Source: Eledone cirrhosa (Eukaryota). Taken from it: a DNA stretch of 64,000 nucleotides. The translations under genes and the position numbers were made by a program. Location: the NCBI GenBank assembly GCA_964016885.1, contig OZ024741.1:186310001-186374000 (forward strand), given 5' to 3'. Below are positions 49,527-63,074 of this stretch, piece after piece (within the stretch, counting starts at the first letter, position 1; each line of letters opens with the position of its first letter). The notes beneath the pieces are model-generated. The model ran no database searches. It was not told where the DNA came from and saw only the letters and a list, made by a program, of their open reading frames with translations.

Positions 49527-49733
49527 AAAGTCATCGCTAGAACATGCTGCCAAAGACAGCGATGAGCAAAAATGCTTCAGAGGACAGAGACCACCGATCA
49601 GTGGTCAACAAAAAAGAGACACTGTCTCTTGACCACTGGTTGCTGGTTTCTGTCCTCTGAGGCCTTTTTACCCATTGCTGTCTTTGACAGAATTTAGCTG
49701 TTTTAATGGCTGTTCTAGCGACGAGTCTTCTCA
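49522..49733. repeat. ~210-bp imperfect palindrome
   Basis: tgagaaaagtcatcgctagaac...cagtggtcaa pairs with ttgaccactg...gttctagcgacgagtcttctca. Confidence 0.85.
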
Positions 49734-49800
49734 TTTTTATATATATTCAAATCCATTCTCACTTTGTCTCGATCAGAGACACACTTTGTTTTATCATTTA

Positions 49801-49977
49801 CTGTATTTCCCGGCGTCGAAGACGCTACTTTTCTCCCCAAATAAATCTAAAAAATTTACCATGTGTCCTGGAAGCCGAAGGGTGCATTTTTAATAATTAT
49901 TATTTTTTCAAATTTTTGGTTGTCAAAATCAGGGTGCGTTCTTGAGGACGAAACGTCTTCGGCGCTGTGAAATACGA
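49801..49977. mobile_element. pogo/Tc2-type MITE
   Basis: TIRs ctgtatttcccggcgtcgaagacg and cgtcttcggcgctgtgaaatacg; a second copy lies at 63075. Confidence 0.82.
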
Positions 49978-50238
49978 TCTAGCTGTCGAAACGGCCGGAG
50001 CTCAGCCGTCGGGGTCCTTCCATACAATGTATGTGTACCAACTATAATTCACTCACCAGGCAGTGATCAACCTGCGATTAAAATAGAACCAACTTACCAA
50101 AAGTACCAGGTAGTGTGACTTAACCATAAACAATGTTGTTGCGAAGCGATGACTTTAAGCACACAACATGCATACCAATATGTAAGAGAACATCTAGAAC
50201 AGTTATTGAGCGTGCGGAATATCATCATGATCATCATC

Positions 50239-50299
<61 letters not shown>

Positions 50300-50881
50300 A
50301 ATGGTGTTGGAAGCAATATTCAGTGCTATTGACTGTCCACCTCACTGAATAGGACGAAAGGGGCAGACCAGACGCTAGGGTGCACGAAATATCGGTCATA
50401 GTGATGCTGATGCTTATAGCGGAACAGATGTTGCTGCAATTGCTTTTTGTTGGAGATGATGATGATGATGATGATGATGGTGATGGTTGTTATGATGATG
50501 AGTATGATGGTGGTGGTGGTGGTGGTGGTGTGGTTGATGAGCCTGATAGTGGTTGAAGGAGGGTGGAGCTATGGCGATTGATAATTGTGTGGGATGGGCT
50601 GTTTGGGAGTGTTCAGGTGTTGTATAGGAGTGCTGGACGTGGAGGTGGTGTTTGTCGCATATCGTGGCGTTGCTGTTAATGTTCTGATGACAAGGTGGAG
50701 TATCAACTAAAGTCAATAAACAAAAGAGAAACTGTGTTTGCTGTAAGTTTCCATGGCTATAGCCTAAAGTTCATTGAGTGCATTTCTGAAGTGAAAACTT
50801 ACTAAAATATTGAATTAGTAAAACACTATCAGGTAAAAGACAACAAAAGAACAACAACAACAAAAACCATATTAGCGATGA

Positions 50882-50919
<38 letters not shown>

Positions 50920-50996
50920 ATAACACAAACAACATTATGAACAACGTCACAAACAACAATATCAACGATGACGTCATCATCATCATCATCATTATT

Positions 50997-51036
<40 letters not shown>

Positions 51037-51795
51037 ACATCAGTGACACAGACAACAATACAAACAACGACACAAACAGCAACAATATCAACATTACGAC
51101 TGGTTGGTTAATCCGGGTTCTCCCCGGGTAAGAGTAACGATAATTATGGAACCACTAAGCCATCATCGTTCGACATAAAAGAAGTAGCAGCCAAATCTCA
51201 CTGAAATCTCACTCCCAGCCACGTAGGCCAGTCTGGATGAGATATTTTCTGCTGGAACGTGTTCCGTTATAAGTTTCATCTACCAGACGTGAGACTGAAA
51301 AAGTGAAAACAGAAACCAAAATAACAACATTAGTAGCAATGCTAAAAATTTAACAATTTGTTTTGTCGAGGGGGATGATTAATGGATTATATTAACAGCA
51401 AAATGTAACTGATAGTTTATGTGAAGTTCAAAGGAGGACAAACACATTCAATCTGGTATGGCGAAACTTACTAAATACAATAATGCATTTTCTGCGACGC
51501 TGTATCGATTCTGCCAAATGTGGGAGAGAGAGCGATTGACGGGGTCGTTGAGTATAATCTCGTTCTGCTAGAAATATCTGGTACAGCTCTCTGGTATCAC
51601 GTACTACATATATTCTAAAATGACATAATCCTTAATGTTGTTTTGGATTCACTGCATATAGGAAAAACGGGATGGTCACGGCTGGTATTATTGTAGTCTT
51701 AGTTCTGCTCGATTAGGGCAAAACAACGAAAAGAATGATAATAAATTAGCACTAAAAGCTACTAATACTAGTACTACTACTACTACTACTACTAC

Positions 51796-51842
<47 letters not shown>

Positions 51843-52177
51843 CAGCGGCAGCAGCGGTAGCAGCGGCAGCAGCAGTGGAATAGACCAGATACTCGGCACA
51901 TACACACAGAGCTGCTAAACCTCTTCGTAGTTGATATGTAACGAAGTTTAAATGGTCTTCTCTGGGTCATTGAGTGCATTTTCCTACTAACATCGTTATC
52001 AATAATAGACTTGGCAAACATAAATCGGCCATTCACGTATGTTGTGTGTATGGTGGGGGATGCGTGTTTGCGTGTTTGTATGATGTGTGTGCGTGTATGC
52101 GCAAGCCTTTTGTAATATATGTATGTATATATATATATATATATATATACACACGCATACATACATACATACATACA

Positions 52178-52211
<34 letters not shown>

Positions 52212-52464
52212 AATATATATATATATATGTGTGTGTGTGTATGTATCTATGTATGTATGTTTGTATGTATGTCTTTCTGTGTATGTATAGCAACATACAC
52301 ATAAAAACATATATATCTATAAACATATGCAACAACATAAGAAGTATTTAATTATTCATTAATGATAGATACATATAACCATATAAGAGGCAATTTGTAT
52401 ATCACATTTTAGCAGTATCCCTCTCATCTTTCTCCTTCCCCTCAACCCATTCACCTACTCTATG

Positions 52465-52517
<53 letters not shown>

Positions 52518-52985
52518 GTCTGTGTATGTGTATTTGTTAATGAACGTGTGTGCGTGTGGTATTTTAATATTTGTGTTGCACTAAATATGTTATGTAGAAG
52601 GCATGCATTAAGAGGGAATTAGTGTAAATATGAATATCGGGGGCGAAGGGATAATATGAATATATACGTATATGTAGGCGGAAACGGGCAGAGAAGTGAA
52701 GGGGATTAATAGGTAGATGTATCAAAGTTTAAAAGAAAGATAGAAATGTGTTCATAGATGTCCTGGGGTCAAATCCCACCAAAGTCAAATTTGGCTGTTA
52801 TCATTCTGGGATCGTTGCAGTATAGGTTCTGGGGTGGATATCATCGGCATTCCAATCCCTACAAATTACTGGCCTTGTGTCTAAATTGGTAATCAAAGAC
52901 ATAGTTGCCACAGTCAATTGCTAAAGGATGAACATAAAAACTTCGAGCGAGAACAAATTAAAGCTAGCCACGAATTCATGTAAAC

Positions 52986-53170
52986 CAGACCTGTCAACCT
53001 TCCCCCGTCCGACGGGGAAATATCCCACCCACTTTGGGGTGGTGGAGAAATGTCTTCTCTTGTGAAAATGGGTATAGATTTAATTTTGTAAAATCTCTCC
53101 ATTTTGTCTCATTTCTCCCCGTTTTTTTCATGGTACTCCCCGTTTGGGTTTTTAGCGCTTGGCAGGTCTG
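52986..53170 (+). mobile_element. hAT-like MITE
   Basis: TIRs cagacctgtcaa and ttggcaggtctg; the flank tgtaaac is duplicated. Confidence 0.8.
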
Positions 53171-53389
53171 TGTAAACGTAATCCATAAACCCAATTATGG
53201 ACTCACTCACCGGACACATCCCATTGATGGAATAAAATAAATCGTATACAACTTTATAAACCATGTAACAACCCTGCCGCTCAAACGGCCACCAAATTGC
53301 AACAGTTAGTGGGACGAAGATGACGGACATAATTATGTTGCAGCCGCTCTATTATATAGTTTGAAATATAATCTGCAGCTAAACCAGTG

Positions 53390-53577
53390 CGGTGGATTGG
53401 CAGTATCGGTAGAGGGTCGGACGCCATGCTTTGTAGCAAAGAGTTACGGCCCTTTATGGTCTGAGTTCAAATCCCGCCGAGGTTAACTTTGCCTTTCATC
53501 CTTACGGGGTCGATAAAATAAAGTACCAGTAATGTATTGGGTAATTGCTGGCCTTGTACCAAACGTAGAAACAATTA
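53390..53577 (+). mobile_element. Full SINE
   Basis: Same family as 33748. Confidence 0.92.
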
Positions 53578-53881
53578 TATGTGTGTATGTGTGTATATGT
53601 GTAACACACATACACACACAAACACACAGACTCACATACACACACACATACATACACACACACACACATACACACACAAACACAGACTCACATACACACA
53701 TACACACATACACACACGCGCGCAGGCACAGTTATATATTCTTTTATTATATATACATGTTATACTGTAGTGTTTTAGCCATTAGACTGCAGCACCATAT
53801 ATATGAATGTGATACATGTATGTATGAGTATATGTATGCGTTTGAGTGTATATCTGTGTGTGTGTGCGTGCGCGTGTACCA

Positions 53882-53919
<38 letters not shown>

Positions 53920-54404
53920 ATGTGTGTGTGTGTGGAATAGCTGAAAAAGAGATAGGTAGCCACAGTAACATACAATACACGAAGAAGAAAAAGATAAAAT
54001 AAATAGGTATTTGTGTGGCTGTTGGTAGGGGGAGAAATCGCCTGTATAAAGAGCGCAGCTGTTCCGTGCTGAAATGAAATAAAATGAAATAGTGTATCAT
54101 ATCCAATAGTCAGAATCGATTACTTTCTTCTAATTAAATGGAAAAGAGAAGTCAATTTAACAATAATTTGTAGTTCTCATGCGAAATAACTTTTAAAAAC
54201 ATTTCGCTAACAGAGTGTATGTGCTTAAAAAGGTCTTTCAGCAGGAATAGAACCAGCTCGGAAATAGCTTGATAAGTTTCGAATAATCTTTCACGTTAAA
54301 TCAAGAGTGTTTGCTCGTGTACGTTCTACAGAGAAAAATAAGTGCTTTAAGCTATGACTAAGAGGTGCTGGCTGGCTGGTGTTCCGTATTTGTATATTAT
54401 GTAT

Positions 54405-54610
54405 ACTGAAGAAGGATGGTTTAGTAATAAGAGTGTTCTGATCTCGAATGTAAGGCCATGAGTTCGATTCCCGACAGCGAGTTGTGTCTTATTTAACGTT
54501 GCTTTAGTTCACTCAATTCGCAAAAATGAATTGTACCTGAAATTCAAAAGGCCAACAACTTGCACGTTAATTTCATGAGCAGGGTTTTCTGTTGAAACAA
54601 AAACTAGTAG
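54405..54610 (+). mobile_element. Older tRNA-derived SINE of a second family
   Basis: A-box-like tggtttagtaat and B-box gagttcgattcc. Confidence 0.55.
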
Positions 54611-55490
54611 CAGGGCTAAATATGTTTCCGTATTCTAGGTGTATTCTAGATATATTATATATCCCTTGATATTCTCATTTAAAATACTGTCCTTCATCCA
54701 ATCTATGAAAACACTATGTACCGGACACGAACGGATTCTGAGGGTGAAAGTCACACGCCTTTCCAAACATCAGCCATTGTACTAACATAAAATTATTAGC
54801 AGTGTTATTTTATCGAAAACTGGGTATTTGATTTGATTCTATCATATTGCCACTAGATTTCCATAAGCTAAAATTAATTATAACTAAGTAAAAATACTTC
54901 TGTATTTAATCGCAGAATAGAATAGATATATTGCAAGTGATATATATCAAACAATAGCGTAAAATATTGTAATGAAATAGAAAGAAACTGTTCGAATTAT
55001 TTCTATTCCATGTTTTCTTTATTGGTTCGTTTGGCTTCGTTTTGAGTTCAAATATCCAGCGAGTCTATTAATATATTTAACAAAACAAAACTATATTATG
55101 ACAGCAACTCAAATGCTCGCTCTACGATAGTTGAATTCTTGTAATAAATGAGTTACAGGGATATAAAGATGAGAAAAAGTAATTAACCACAAGTAATTAT
55201 ATTGCTTCAAATATTCAGAGATGTACTAGTATCATACGAAATAGGATATTTTCAGCAAGAGTAAAAATGGAAATTAAAAAAAAAAAAAAAAAAATTGTCA
55301 TTAGCAGGGGGTTCCAGTGATCATACAACAGGAACACACATCTTCGGAACCGAAGGAGTTTCAACATACTCTATACAGGCAACAGACTCATATTTTAAAT
55401 AAATTATGACTAAGGTCGCATGTGTAGGTTTGATAAATATATATTCAGGGGCGCTCTGTCACATTCACATTTAATTTCATATATGATACC

Positions 55491-55680
55491 CAGACTTGCC
55501 AATAACCCAAATAACCCAATAACCATGAAAAAGACAGCCCCTAAACGGGGAGAAATGAGGCAAAATGGGAAGATTTTACATAATAAAATCTATACCCATT
55601 TTCACAAGAGAAGACATCTCTCATCTACCCCAAAGTGGGTGGGAGATCTCCCCGTCGAACGTGGAGAGTTGACAGGTCTG
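55491..55680 (-). mobile_element. hAT-like MITE, second copy
   Basis: Inverse homolog of 52986-53170; the flank gatacc is duplicated. Confidence 0.8.
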
Positions 55681-56052
55681 GATACCTGTGAATATAGTGA
55701 TATGCTGAAGAGGAAAATACTTCTAAATTAATTACTCTCTGCAGAACAACCAAAATAAGAGAATGTTCATAAGACGAGAATATGCAGTCGGAATATAGAT
55801 AACCATTCCCGTTTTTTGTATTGTTTTTTTTTTCTGCAGAGGGAGCACTGAAGTTTATCCACAATCTATTTTTACACAGCAATTATGAATGTATGTTAAA
55901 TATACGCATGTGAGTTTATTCTAACTTTATTGCCCAAAATTACATTCATTTCATAGTACAATCTGTTTTCAAGTAAACTTAATTAATTTATATTTTGAGA
56001 TTGTCTTCCTGCCTCCTATAAATTACGTTAATGATTTTGTTTCTACTCATTA

Positions 56053-56595
56053 TGTGTGACTTTTTTATTAATTAAAATGTCTAGACACTTTATCCTATAT
56101 GTTAACAACAATCTACTGTTGCTATAAGTTGCATTGATTGCTGGTACAGCTATATATAATTGTTTCTACTTTTGGGACAAGGCTAGCAATAACCCAGTGC
56201 ATCATTGGTACTTTATTTTATCGACCTCGTAAGGATGAAAGGAGAAGTTAATCTCGGCGCGATGTAAATTCAGACCGTAAAGAGCCATAACTCTATTCTG
56301 TAAAGCATGGCATCCGACCCTCTACAGATACTCCCAATTCACCGTGTGACATTTTTATTAATTAAAATGTCTAGACACTTTATCCTGTATGTTAACAACA
56401 ATCTACTGTTGCTATAAGTTGCATTGATTGCTGGCACAGTTATATATAATTGTTTCTACTTTTGGCACAAGGCCAGCAATTAACCAGTACATTACTGGTA
56501 CTTTATTTTATCGACCCCGTAAGGATGAAAGGCAAAGTTAACCTCGACCGGATTTGAACTCAGACCGTAAACAGACGTAACTATGCTGGAAAGCA
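56053..56595 (-). repeat. ~290-bp tandem duplication, each unit with a SINE
   Basis: The ~105-bp flanks at 56053 and 56344 are near-identical. SINEs lie at 56157-56343 and 56447-56595. Confidence 0.85.
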
Positions 56596-57042
56596 GAATG
56601 CAACTTCTTTTTTATACAAAAAGACATGATGTTGCTCGCAACAACGTTTGTTGTTATAGATTTAAGAGAGCACGTAGTGGCTTTCTCCAGGGCTAATATT
56701 GCGGGGATAAGAAATAATTGGGTGGCCGGTGAGGAATTGTTGGAAGGTAATGGCTGGCGACATATTTTTATCAGTTTTATTCTTATGGTTATTTACATTG
56801 ACTTATTTTGGGAGACATCTAAATAAAAGTAAATATTATTTTAATTAGTAGTGACGTCGTATTAAATAATAGCAATTGAGACCGAAATAGGATTAAAATT
56901 ATATCACATGCATAATTAATGATTGGTTTCAGATTATGATTGTAAGAAATAAGTTTGTGAATGATAATATATAATACATATGTATATATATATATGTGTG
57001 TGTGAGTCTGTGTGTGGATCGGTGTGAGCGTATGTATAAATA

Positions 57043-57107
<65 letters not shown>

Positions 57108-57354
57108 AGGCGGAGATGGGGTAGGGGAATAGGAATAAGTAGTAAAATAACGTAATTGCGGTCGATGTTTAGTCTGAAGTAAGACCCGATCACGCAGTCC
57201 TGGGATCAAATATGTTTTACCGTGATCATCCTATCCATTTGCGGGTATCTAGAACTGCTTTACCTAATTTACAATAGTAATATGCGTTTTGCATAGATAA
57301 AAGATAAGCTAAAATCATTAACATGATGATTTATTCTCATTAAATGAAGCAGGG

Positions 57355-57538
57355 CAGTGAATTGGCAGTATCGGTAGAGGGTCGGACGCGATGCTTTGAC
57401 GTATAGAGTTACGGACCTTGCCATTCTGAGTTCAAATCCCGCCAAGGTTAACTTTGCCTTTCATCCTTACGGGGTCGATAAAATAAAGTACCAGTAATGC
57501 ACTGGATAATTGCTGGCCTTGTGCCTAACGTAGAAACA
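57355..57538 (+). mobile_element. Full SINE
   Basis: TSD attaaatgaagcaggg at 57339 and 57539. Confidence 0.92.
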
Positions 57539-57867
57539 ATTAAATGAAGCAGGGAGACAATCGTCAAATATATAAGTTGAAAACAAATGGTACTGTGAAG
57601 TGAATCTAAGTTTAGGCAGTGTGGTGACTAATATGGCTATATAAAGCTTTCAATCCTCATCGGCAAATAATTACTTTACAAGAACGTAGCATAAACAATA
57701 TGAACGTCGATGAAGTTTTACGCTTATAAATAACCTAGTCGGCGTCAGTTCGTGTCTATATTTATGTTTGTGTTTATTGCCTGTTAATTAACGCTTCAAC
57801 AAAAATTAAGATCGATAAGTAAAGTATCGGAGACTTCCTATATATATGTATATATATATATATATAT

Positions 57868-58065
57868 ATAGGAAAATATTCAAGACCCGGACGGCAGAGC
57901 TCAAGCCATTTCGACGGCTATTTCTGGACCAGAAATAGCCGTCGAAACGGCTTGAGCTCTGCCGTCGGGGTCTTGATCATTTTCCTATTACCAACTCTAC
58001 TACCCTAAATATAGATTACTCTGGTGTGTTATGGCCCACCTGGTTCCTTACCACACTTCCTTCGT

Positions 58066-58066
<1 letters not shown>
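57868..58066. mobile_element. Foldback PLE pLTR fragment (2261 family)
   Basis: Hairpin centred near 57928. The right arm has an extra ~78-bp tail, and both flanks are (TA)n. Confidence 0.82.
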
Positions 58067-58097
<31 letters not shown>

Positions 58098-58247
58098 CAT
58101 ATAACTATATGTAGTAATAAACACAGTAAATTGTGTGTTTATAATTACGAGGGTAGAAAGACCACGTTGGTTTGACAGATTTAACCTGAAGCAAACGGAA
58201 AATACAGGATAAAAAATAAAAAGTACTAACCGTTTCAATAACTATTA

Positions 58248-58333
58248 ATCTCCCGGACAGATTAAAGTTTTAATCTGTTTCGCCCTGAGAATTGTTTGTA
58301 ACAGTTAATCTGTAGGCATCTTCAGCGGGAGAT
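58248..58333 (-). ncRNA. Full type I hammerhead with long stem III and GUC site
   Basis: atctcccg CTGAAGA t gcct..agggc GAAA cagattaaa ac tttaatctg TC cgggagat. Confidence 0.88.
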
Positions 58334-58414
58334 AAGATTAAATGTGACAAACACCTTAGACTAAATACTACACGAGTGAATATTTCACATACATATACTT
58401 CGTATTTTAATTTG

Positions 58415-59190
58415 CCTTGCAAGATTTCTTATCTGAAATCGTGTGTTGAAACCATAAAGAAGTTAGCTATGTCACCTGCAATGCTAACGCCAATGTGCCC
58501 CCCCCCCCTCTTGGGCATATGTTTTAAAGTTGAACATATGTTCCTTAAGGGTTGGGTATTTTTTTACTGACCCCACCGCACGTGCGATAATTTTCTTTAG
58601 TTGAGAACTCAAGGATGGGAAAAACTCATCAGTATTCCACCAACATGCCAAAATAGAACATAGGGACACATTAGAGAACATAGAGATACACATTATATCC
58701 ACACACAGAAAAGATGCAATGCTCAGACAAATCACAGAGGCTGCCAACATAAACGAACTCCAAACAAAATTAAACAGAAAACATAAGAGGAATAGCAACA
58801 TCACAACTAGTAATTAAAGACAAAATAAAAACATACAGACACACACAAAAACCAAACTAACAAAACAAATCAAACACACAGATCGAACAAATAACCAACT
58901 AGTAACAATTACGTAAGCACATAAATGAATAAATAAAAACATGCTCACACACCCGGATGTAACCCGGATGTAGCGCAAACTAAGCACAGAACACTCAACA
59001 CACAAAAACAAGATGGTGTAAGATAGAATAAAGGAGAGACAAAAAACTACTCACTTAGGAGGTTACAGAATGTGTGACGAAAGATCTTTGACAATATATA
59101 AACAACAATCCAACCAACCAACCGACCAGCCAACTAGACATTTATAATTAATTGAAATAAAAAAATAAAAACCAACGGTTGCGTGTGTTT
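58415..59190. mobile_element. Rearranged older relative of the 46167 Penelope
   Basis: An inverted tail and inverted RT piece (..GVSIAGDIANFFMV) run to about 58600. Then come the direct GIY-YIG end (SSVFHQHAKIEH..KDAMLRQITEA) and a pLTR with a decayed HHR at 59051-59091 (stem III gatc). Confidence 0.82.
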
Positions 59191-59427
59191 TATACTGAGG
59201 AAGACTAGAAGAGGTAACTAGCCGAAACCGCCTGCTTCATTACGCGCTCGATCCCCCCCCCCCCTTCATTAATATATATTTACATTTATACGAATTTACA
59301 CTTTGTTGGCACTCTGAGACAAGTTTTGCTCGACACAGGTTCAAACCATATCTCATTGAGTGAGTAATTGAGAACATACCGTTTTATCGCTAATACTAAC
59401 TATAACATCGTTAATATACATATGTAT

Positions 59428-59759
59428 TAATAATTGCTTCTAGTTTAGGCACAAGGCCAGCAAATACACAGTGCATTACTGGTACTTTATTTTATCGACC
59501 CTGTAAGGATGAAAGGCAAAGTCAACCTCGGCGGGATTTGAACTCAGATCGTAAAGGGACGTAACTATGCTGGAAAGCATGGCGTCCGACCCTCTACCGA
59601 TACTGCCAATCCACCACCCAATCCACCATACATATATATTAATAATTGTTTCTACTTTAGGCACAAGGCCAGCAACTACCCAGTGCCTCACTGGTACTTT
59701 ATTTTATCGACCCCGTAAGGATGAAAGGCAAAGTCAACCTCGGCGGGATTTGAACTCAG
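59428..59759 (-). mobile_element. Two adjacent SINE copies
   Basis: 59428-59615 is full and 59640-59759 is partial. Confidence 0.9.
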
Positions 59760-61297
59760 TAGTGACTTCTCGGAACACAGTTGAACTTTTCTTCATATAG
59801 CAAATTATACCTAGAAGGTAGATCATACTAAACAATATTTTGAAAAGGCAGTATCGGCGAAATTATACCGTCTATATTAATAAGAAATATTATTTTTAAT
59901 CACCAGGCTGTATTGAGTCTTTTATTAACTGCATCAGTAGTGAAGTTAAATACATAAACCTAAAAACAGAAAATGCTTTTATATGTGTGTGCCTGTATGT
60001 TTGTGCGTGTCCATTTATGTATGTTTTGTGTGTTTTCTTTGTTATGGAGCTGTGTGTGTGTGTGTGTGTTTCGCTAGTGAAAACAGCTAGTACTGTTTCG
60101 ATGGAGCGATTTCGTGGAAGAGCTAACGGTATATTTTGATAGTAGATACAAGTGTTCCCTGTGTACTTGATAATTATGCAGTAGAGGTTGTTTTTTTTTA
60201 GCACCTGGTGATCAAAAGTACATTTCACACCATATTTTACCTTAACTACATTAACCAACGTGTATGTTTATAAAACGGTAATCTGTGATTTAAGGGTGAT
60301 TTGGTGATTTAGTTACTATTTCTAGCTAGTCGTTTGACCACTTAAAAATCATCGCTTTGACTAGTATGGGTGTGAAAGTTTATGGGTATGTTGATAGTAT
60401 TAGTAGAGTTAATTGTTGGTACCGTTAGTTGTGGTCGTGTTGAGGACAGTAGTGACGGGTTGTTAGTAGTGTGTGTGTAGGGGGATGGGTAATACTTATG
60501 ATTGTGATGCTTATAGTTATGGTGGTGGTGGACGTGGTGGTGATGATGGTGGTGATGATGGTGGTGGTGGTGGTGGTGGTTGTGGTGGCGGCGGCGGCGG
60601 TGGTGGTGGTGGTGGTTGCGGCGTATGCGGCGGTGGCGGTGGAGGAGGAGGTGATGGTGGTGGTAATTTTGTTGTCATCTTAGACGTTATCGTTGTATTT
60701 GGTGATGCTAGTAATTAAGATGGTATTGTTGTTGTTACTGTCGTTGATGATAGTGGTGGATGGTGATGAATTATTTGTGATTATAACGATTTCAGTTACG
60801 GTGTTATAGTTGTTGTCGGGAGGTTGTTTATGGTGGGCATAAAAGTAGTTAGTGCTAGGATGTAGATAGATGTGGTAGTAGCACATTGCCAAAGTCGATA
60901 TTGTCGCTAAGTACTAATGATAAACATAATATACTTAAACGTGACAGTATGTCTTCCATTTAAATAGACAGAGACATTATTACATTCTTACATTAATGAT
61001 TATATTTAACATATGATTTAGGGTTTATATTTCTATATTTTTATATGACATATATTTCTAAGATCTATATCCCATTATTTATATTTTCTTTTTACATTTT
61101 CTTCCTTTATTATATTTTCTTTTTACATTTTCTTCTCTTTTCATATTTTCTTCTTTTTTTTTCAGACATGTTTTTATTCTGGTGATGAAAAAAAATGAAA
61201 GTACCCTTAGGGGAGAAAAAAGACTTTAAAAAAAACGGATCAATCAAGAAATATATGTATACGCGTATGTGCATATGCATGTACGAATGAATATGAA

Positions 61298-61381
<84 letters not shown>

Positions 61382-61559
61382 ATATATATATACATATATA
61401 TATGTGGGGGTGATATGCGGCGTGTGTCTCTGTGTCTGTCGATCTATCTGCCTGTCTGTGTGTGAGTGAATGTGTATTTATATATTCTGATTGTGCGTCT
61501 AAATATATTTATGTATGCTCACCCGCACATAATACATATGCACGATGTGTGTAGTTACT

Positions 61560-62900
61560 TAGTGATGAAGAATCCCTCTCACATGATGTCTCATACTACG
61601 ACTTTTGTGAAGTTAGATCTTCTGGAGATATACTAGACTCTCAAATGTTGGCTGTCACTCTCCATAAATTTGGTGACAGCGGTCTCTTTATCCTAGGTAT
61701 AAGCAAAACTGTCAACTATGTCTGTCGTTTGACACCCCATCAAAAGTGATCAGCTCTGATTTTCATTCGTCACTCATGTCTTGCATTATTCATTTCCTAC
61801 ACACGGGCGGTGGATTGGCAGGATATGTAGAGCGTCAGACACCATACTTTGCAGCATAGAGTTATGGTCCTTTACATTCTGAGTTCAAATCCCGACGAGG
61901 TTAGCTTTGCCTTTCTTCCTTACAGGGTCGACAAAATAAAACACTAGTAATGCACTGGGATCAATTTAATCGTCCCCCCCCCAAAAAAAAATTGCTGGCT
62001 TTTTACCAAATGAAGAAACAATCATTTATTTCCGACATGGTTACAGTAATGCACCGTGTATTAGTGGAACCCACTTTGTGCCACACTTTATCAAATAGTG
62101 CAGTCTGTAGGGTTTGTTTCCATCTCCTAAACACTTCTTTTACTGATCTATGATCTACTTGCCACCATATCCAACAACTTCCAGACTTATGTAAATAACA
62201 CCACACTTTATTTTCCTCTAAACCTCACAACTATTCAGCCTCGGCACCTCACCAAATTATGCAACGAATCCTTCATCAACAGTAAAACATTTTCATCACA
62301 ACCTTTCTTAGTTAACATTTAAGTATTTACATTACTTTATATTTACTATTATATTTTCATCTTAAAGTCTTAACTTCACATAATTATCTCAGATAATATA
62401 ATTTATATGAGATTTTGATATTATTTATTTTGTGAACAATACCTTAATATCATTATGAGTGGCCGGTTTCAGCCGATTTGGACAGAAAGAGGAGAGAAAA
62501 TTCTGGGTGAATGTCGCCGGTTGAAATGCTAAAGGGTTAAACCTGAACAGCTCACAAGTAGTAATAACTACAAATAATATGCAGCAAAATTACTGAGGGT
62601 TCCCAATTGTGAACGTACATTTTTGATAAGGCTAACACTACATCTCGAAAACATGATTTTTTCTTCAGTTCCAGAAAATATTTCTTCCCTCTGCAGCAAT
62701 TACTGCCCATCAACAAAGCTCTGATGATATCCACACTCGGAATATAATCCTAAATCGCAACCAGAGAAGAGCCATTCAAATGACTCGTAGACATGCTCCA
62801 GTGAGTTGTTACAAGAAAAGCTTCTGCTCTTTGGAGATGTCTAGTCACATGTTACTTTTATACAAACACTTCCGACTCAGTCTGCTTTCATATTCATGTC
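61560..62900. mobile_element. Old CR1/Jockey-like LINE debris with a nested SINE (61807-62000) and a piggyBac-like end (aatgctaaaggg|ttaa, 62540)
   Basis: Relics include FDKVWHK (minus, about 62075-62095) and SRKYFFPLQQLL..KAL..QRRAIQM (plus, about 62670-62785). Confidence 0.45.
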
Positions 62901-63074
62901 ACATATTCTGTATTTAGCGACTAATGTTTGTACCACACTGAGAACTCCATGCTGCCCTTCCTTCCTATAGTTTTGGCACTTTAGATTTGCTTGAAATATG
63001 CTCTGTTGTTTACCAGCTGTTGGGTTTGCATTGATGTTGTACATTATAATGTTGATGTTTGTTTATTTAAAGTA

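Noticed and set aside
50057-50071. Minus-strand 15-nt microexon (cgcag|GTTGATCACTGCCTG|gtgagt); coordinates approximate
   Set aside because: The splice signals are good but could occur by chance in 64 kb, and there is no supporting neighbouring exon.
59195-59245. CTGAGGA..ctag/ctag..GAAAC as a hammerhead
   Set aside because: The core and helix II are plausible, but stems I and III and the cleavage triplet do not form.
60473-60718. Gly-rich ORF; also His/Ser/Met-rich ORFs at 50094-51131
   Set aside because: These are (GGT)n, (GAT)n and (TAG)n trinucleotide tracts without splice or codon support.
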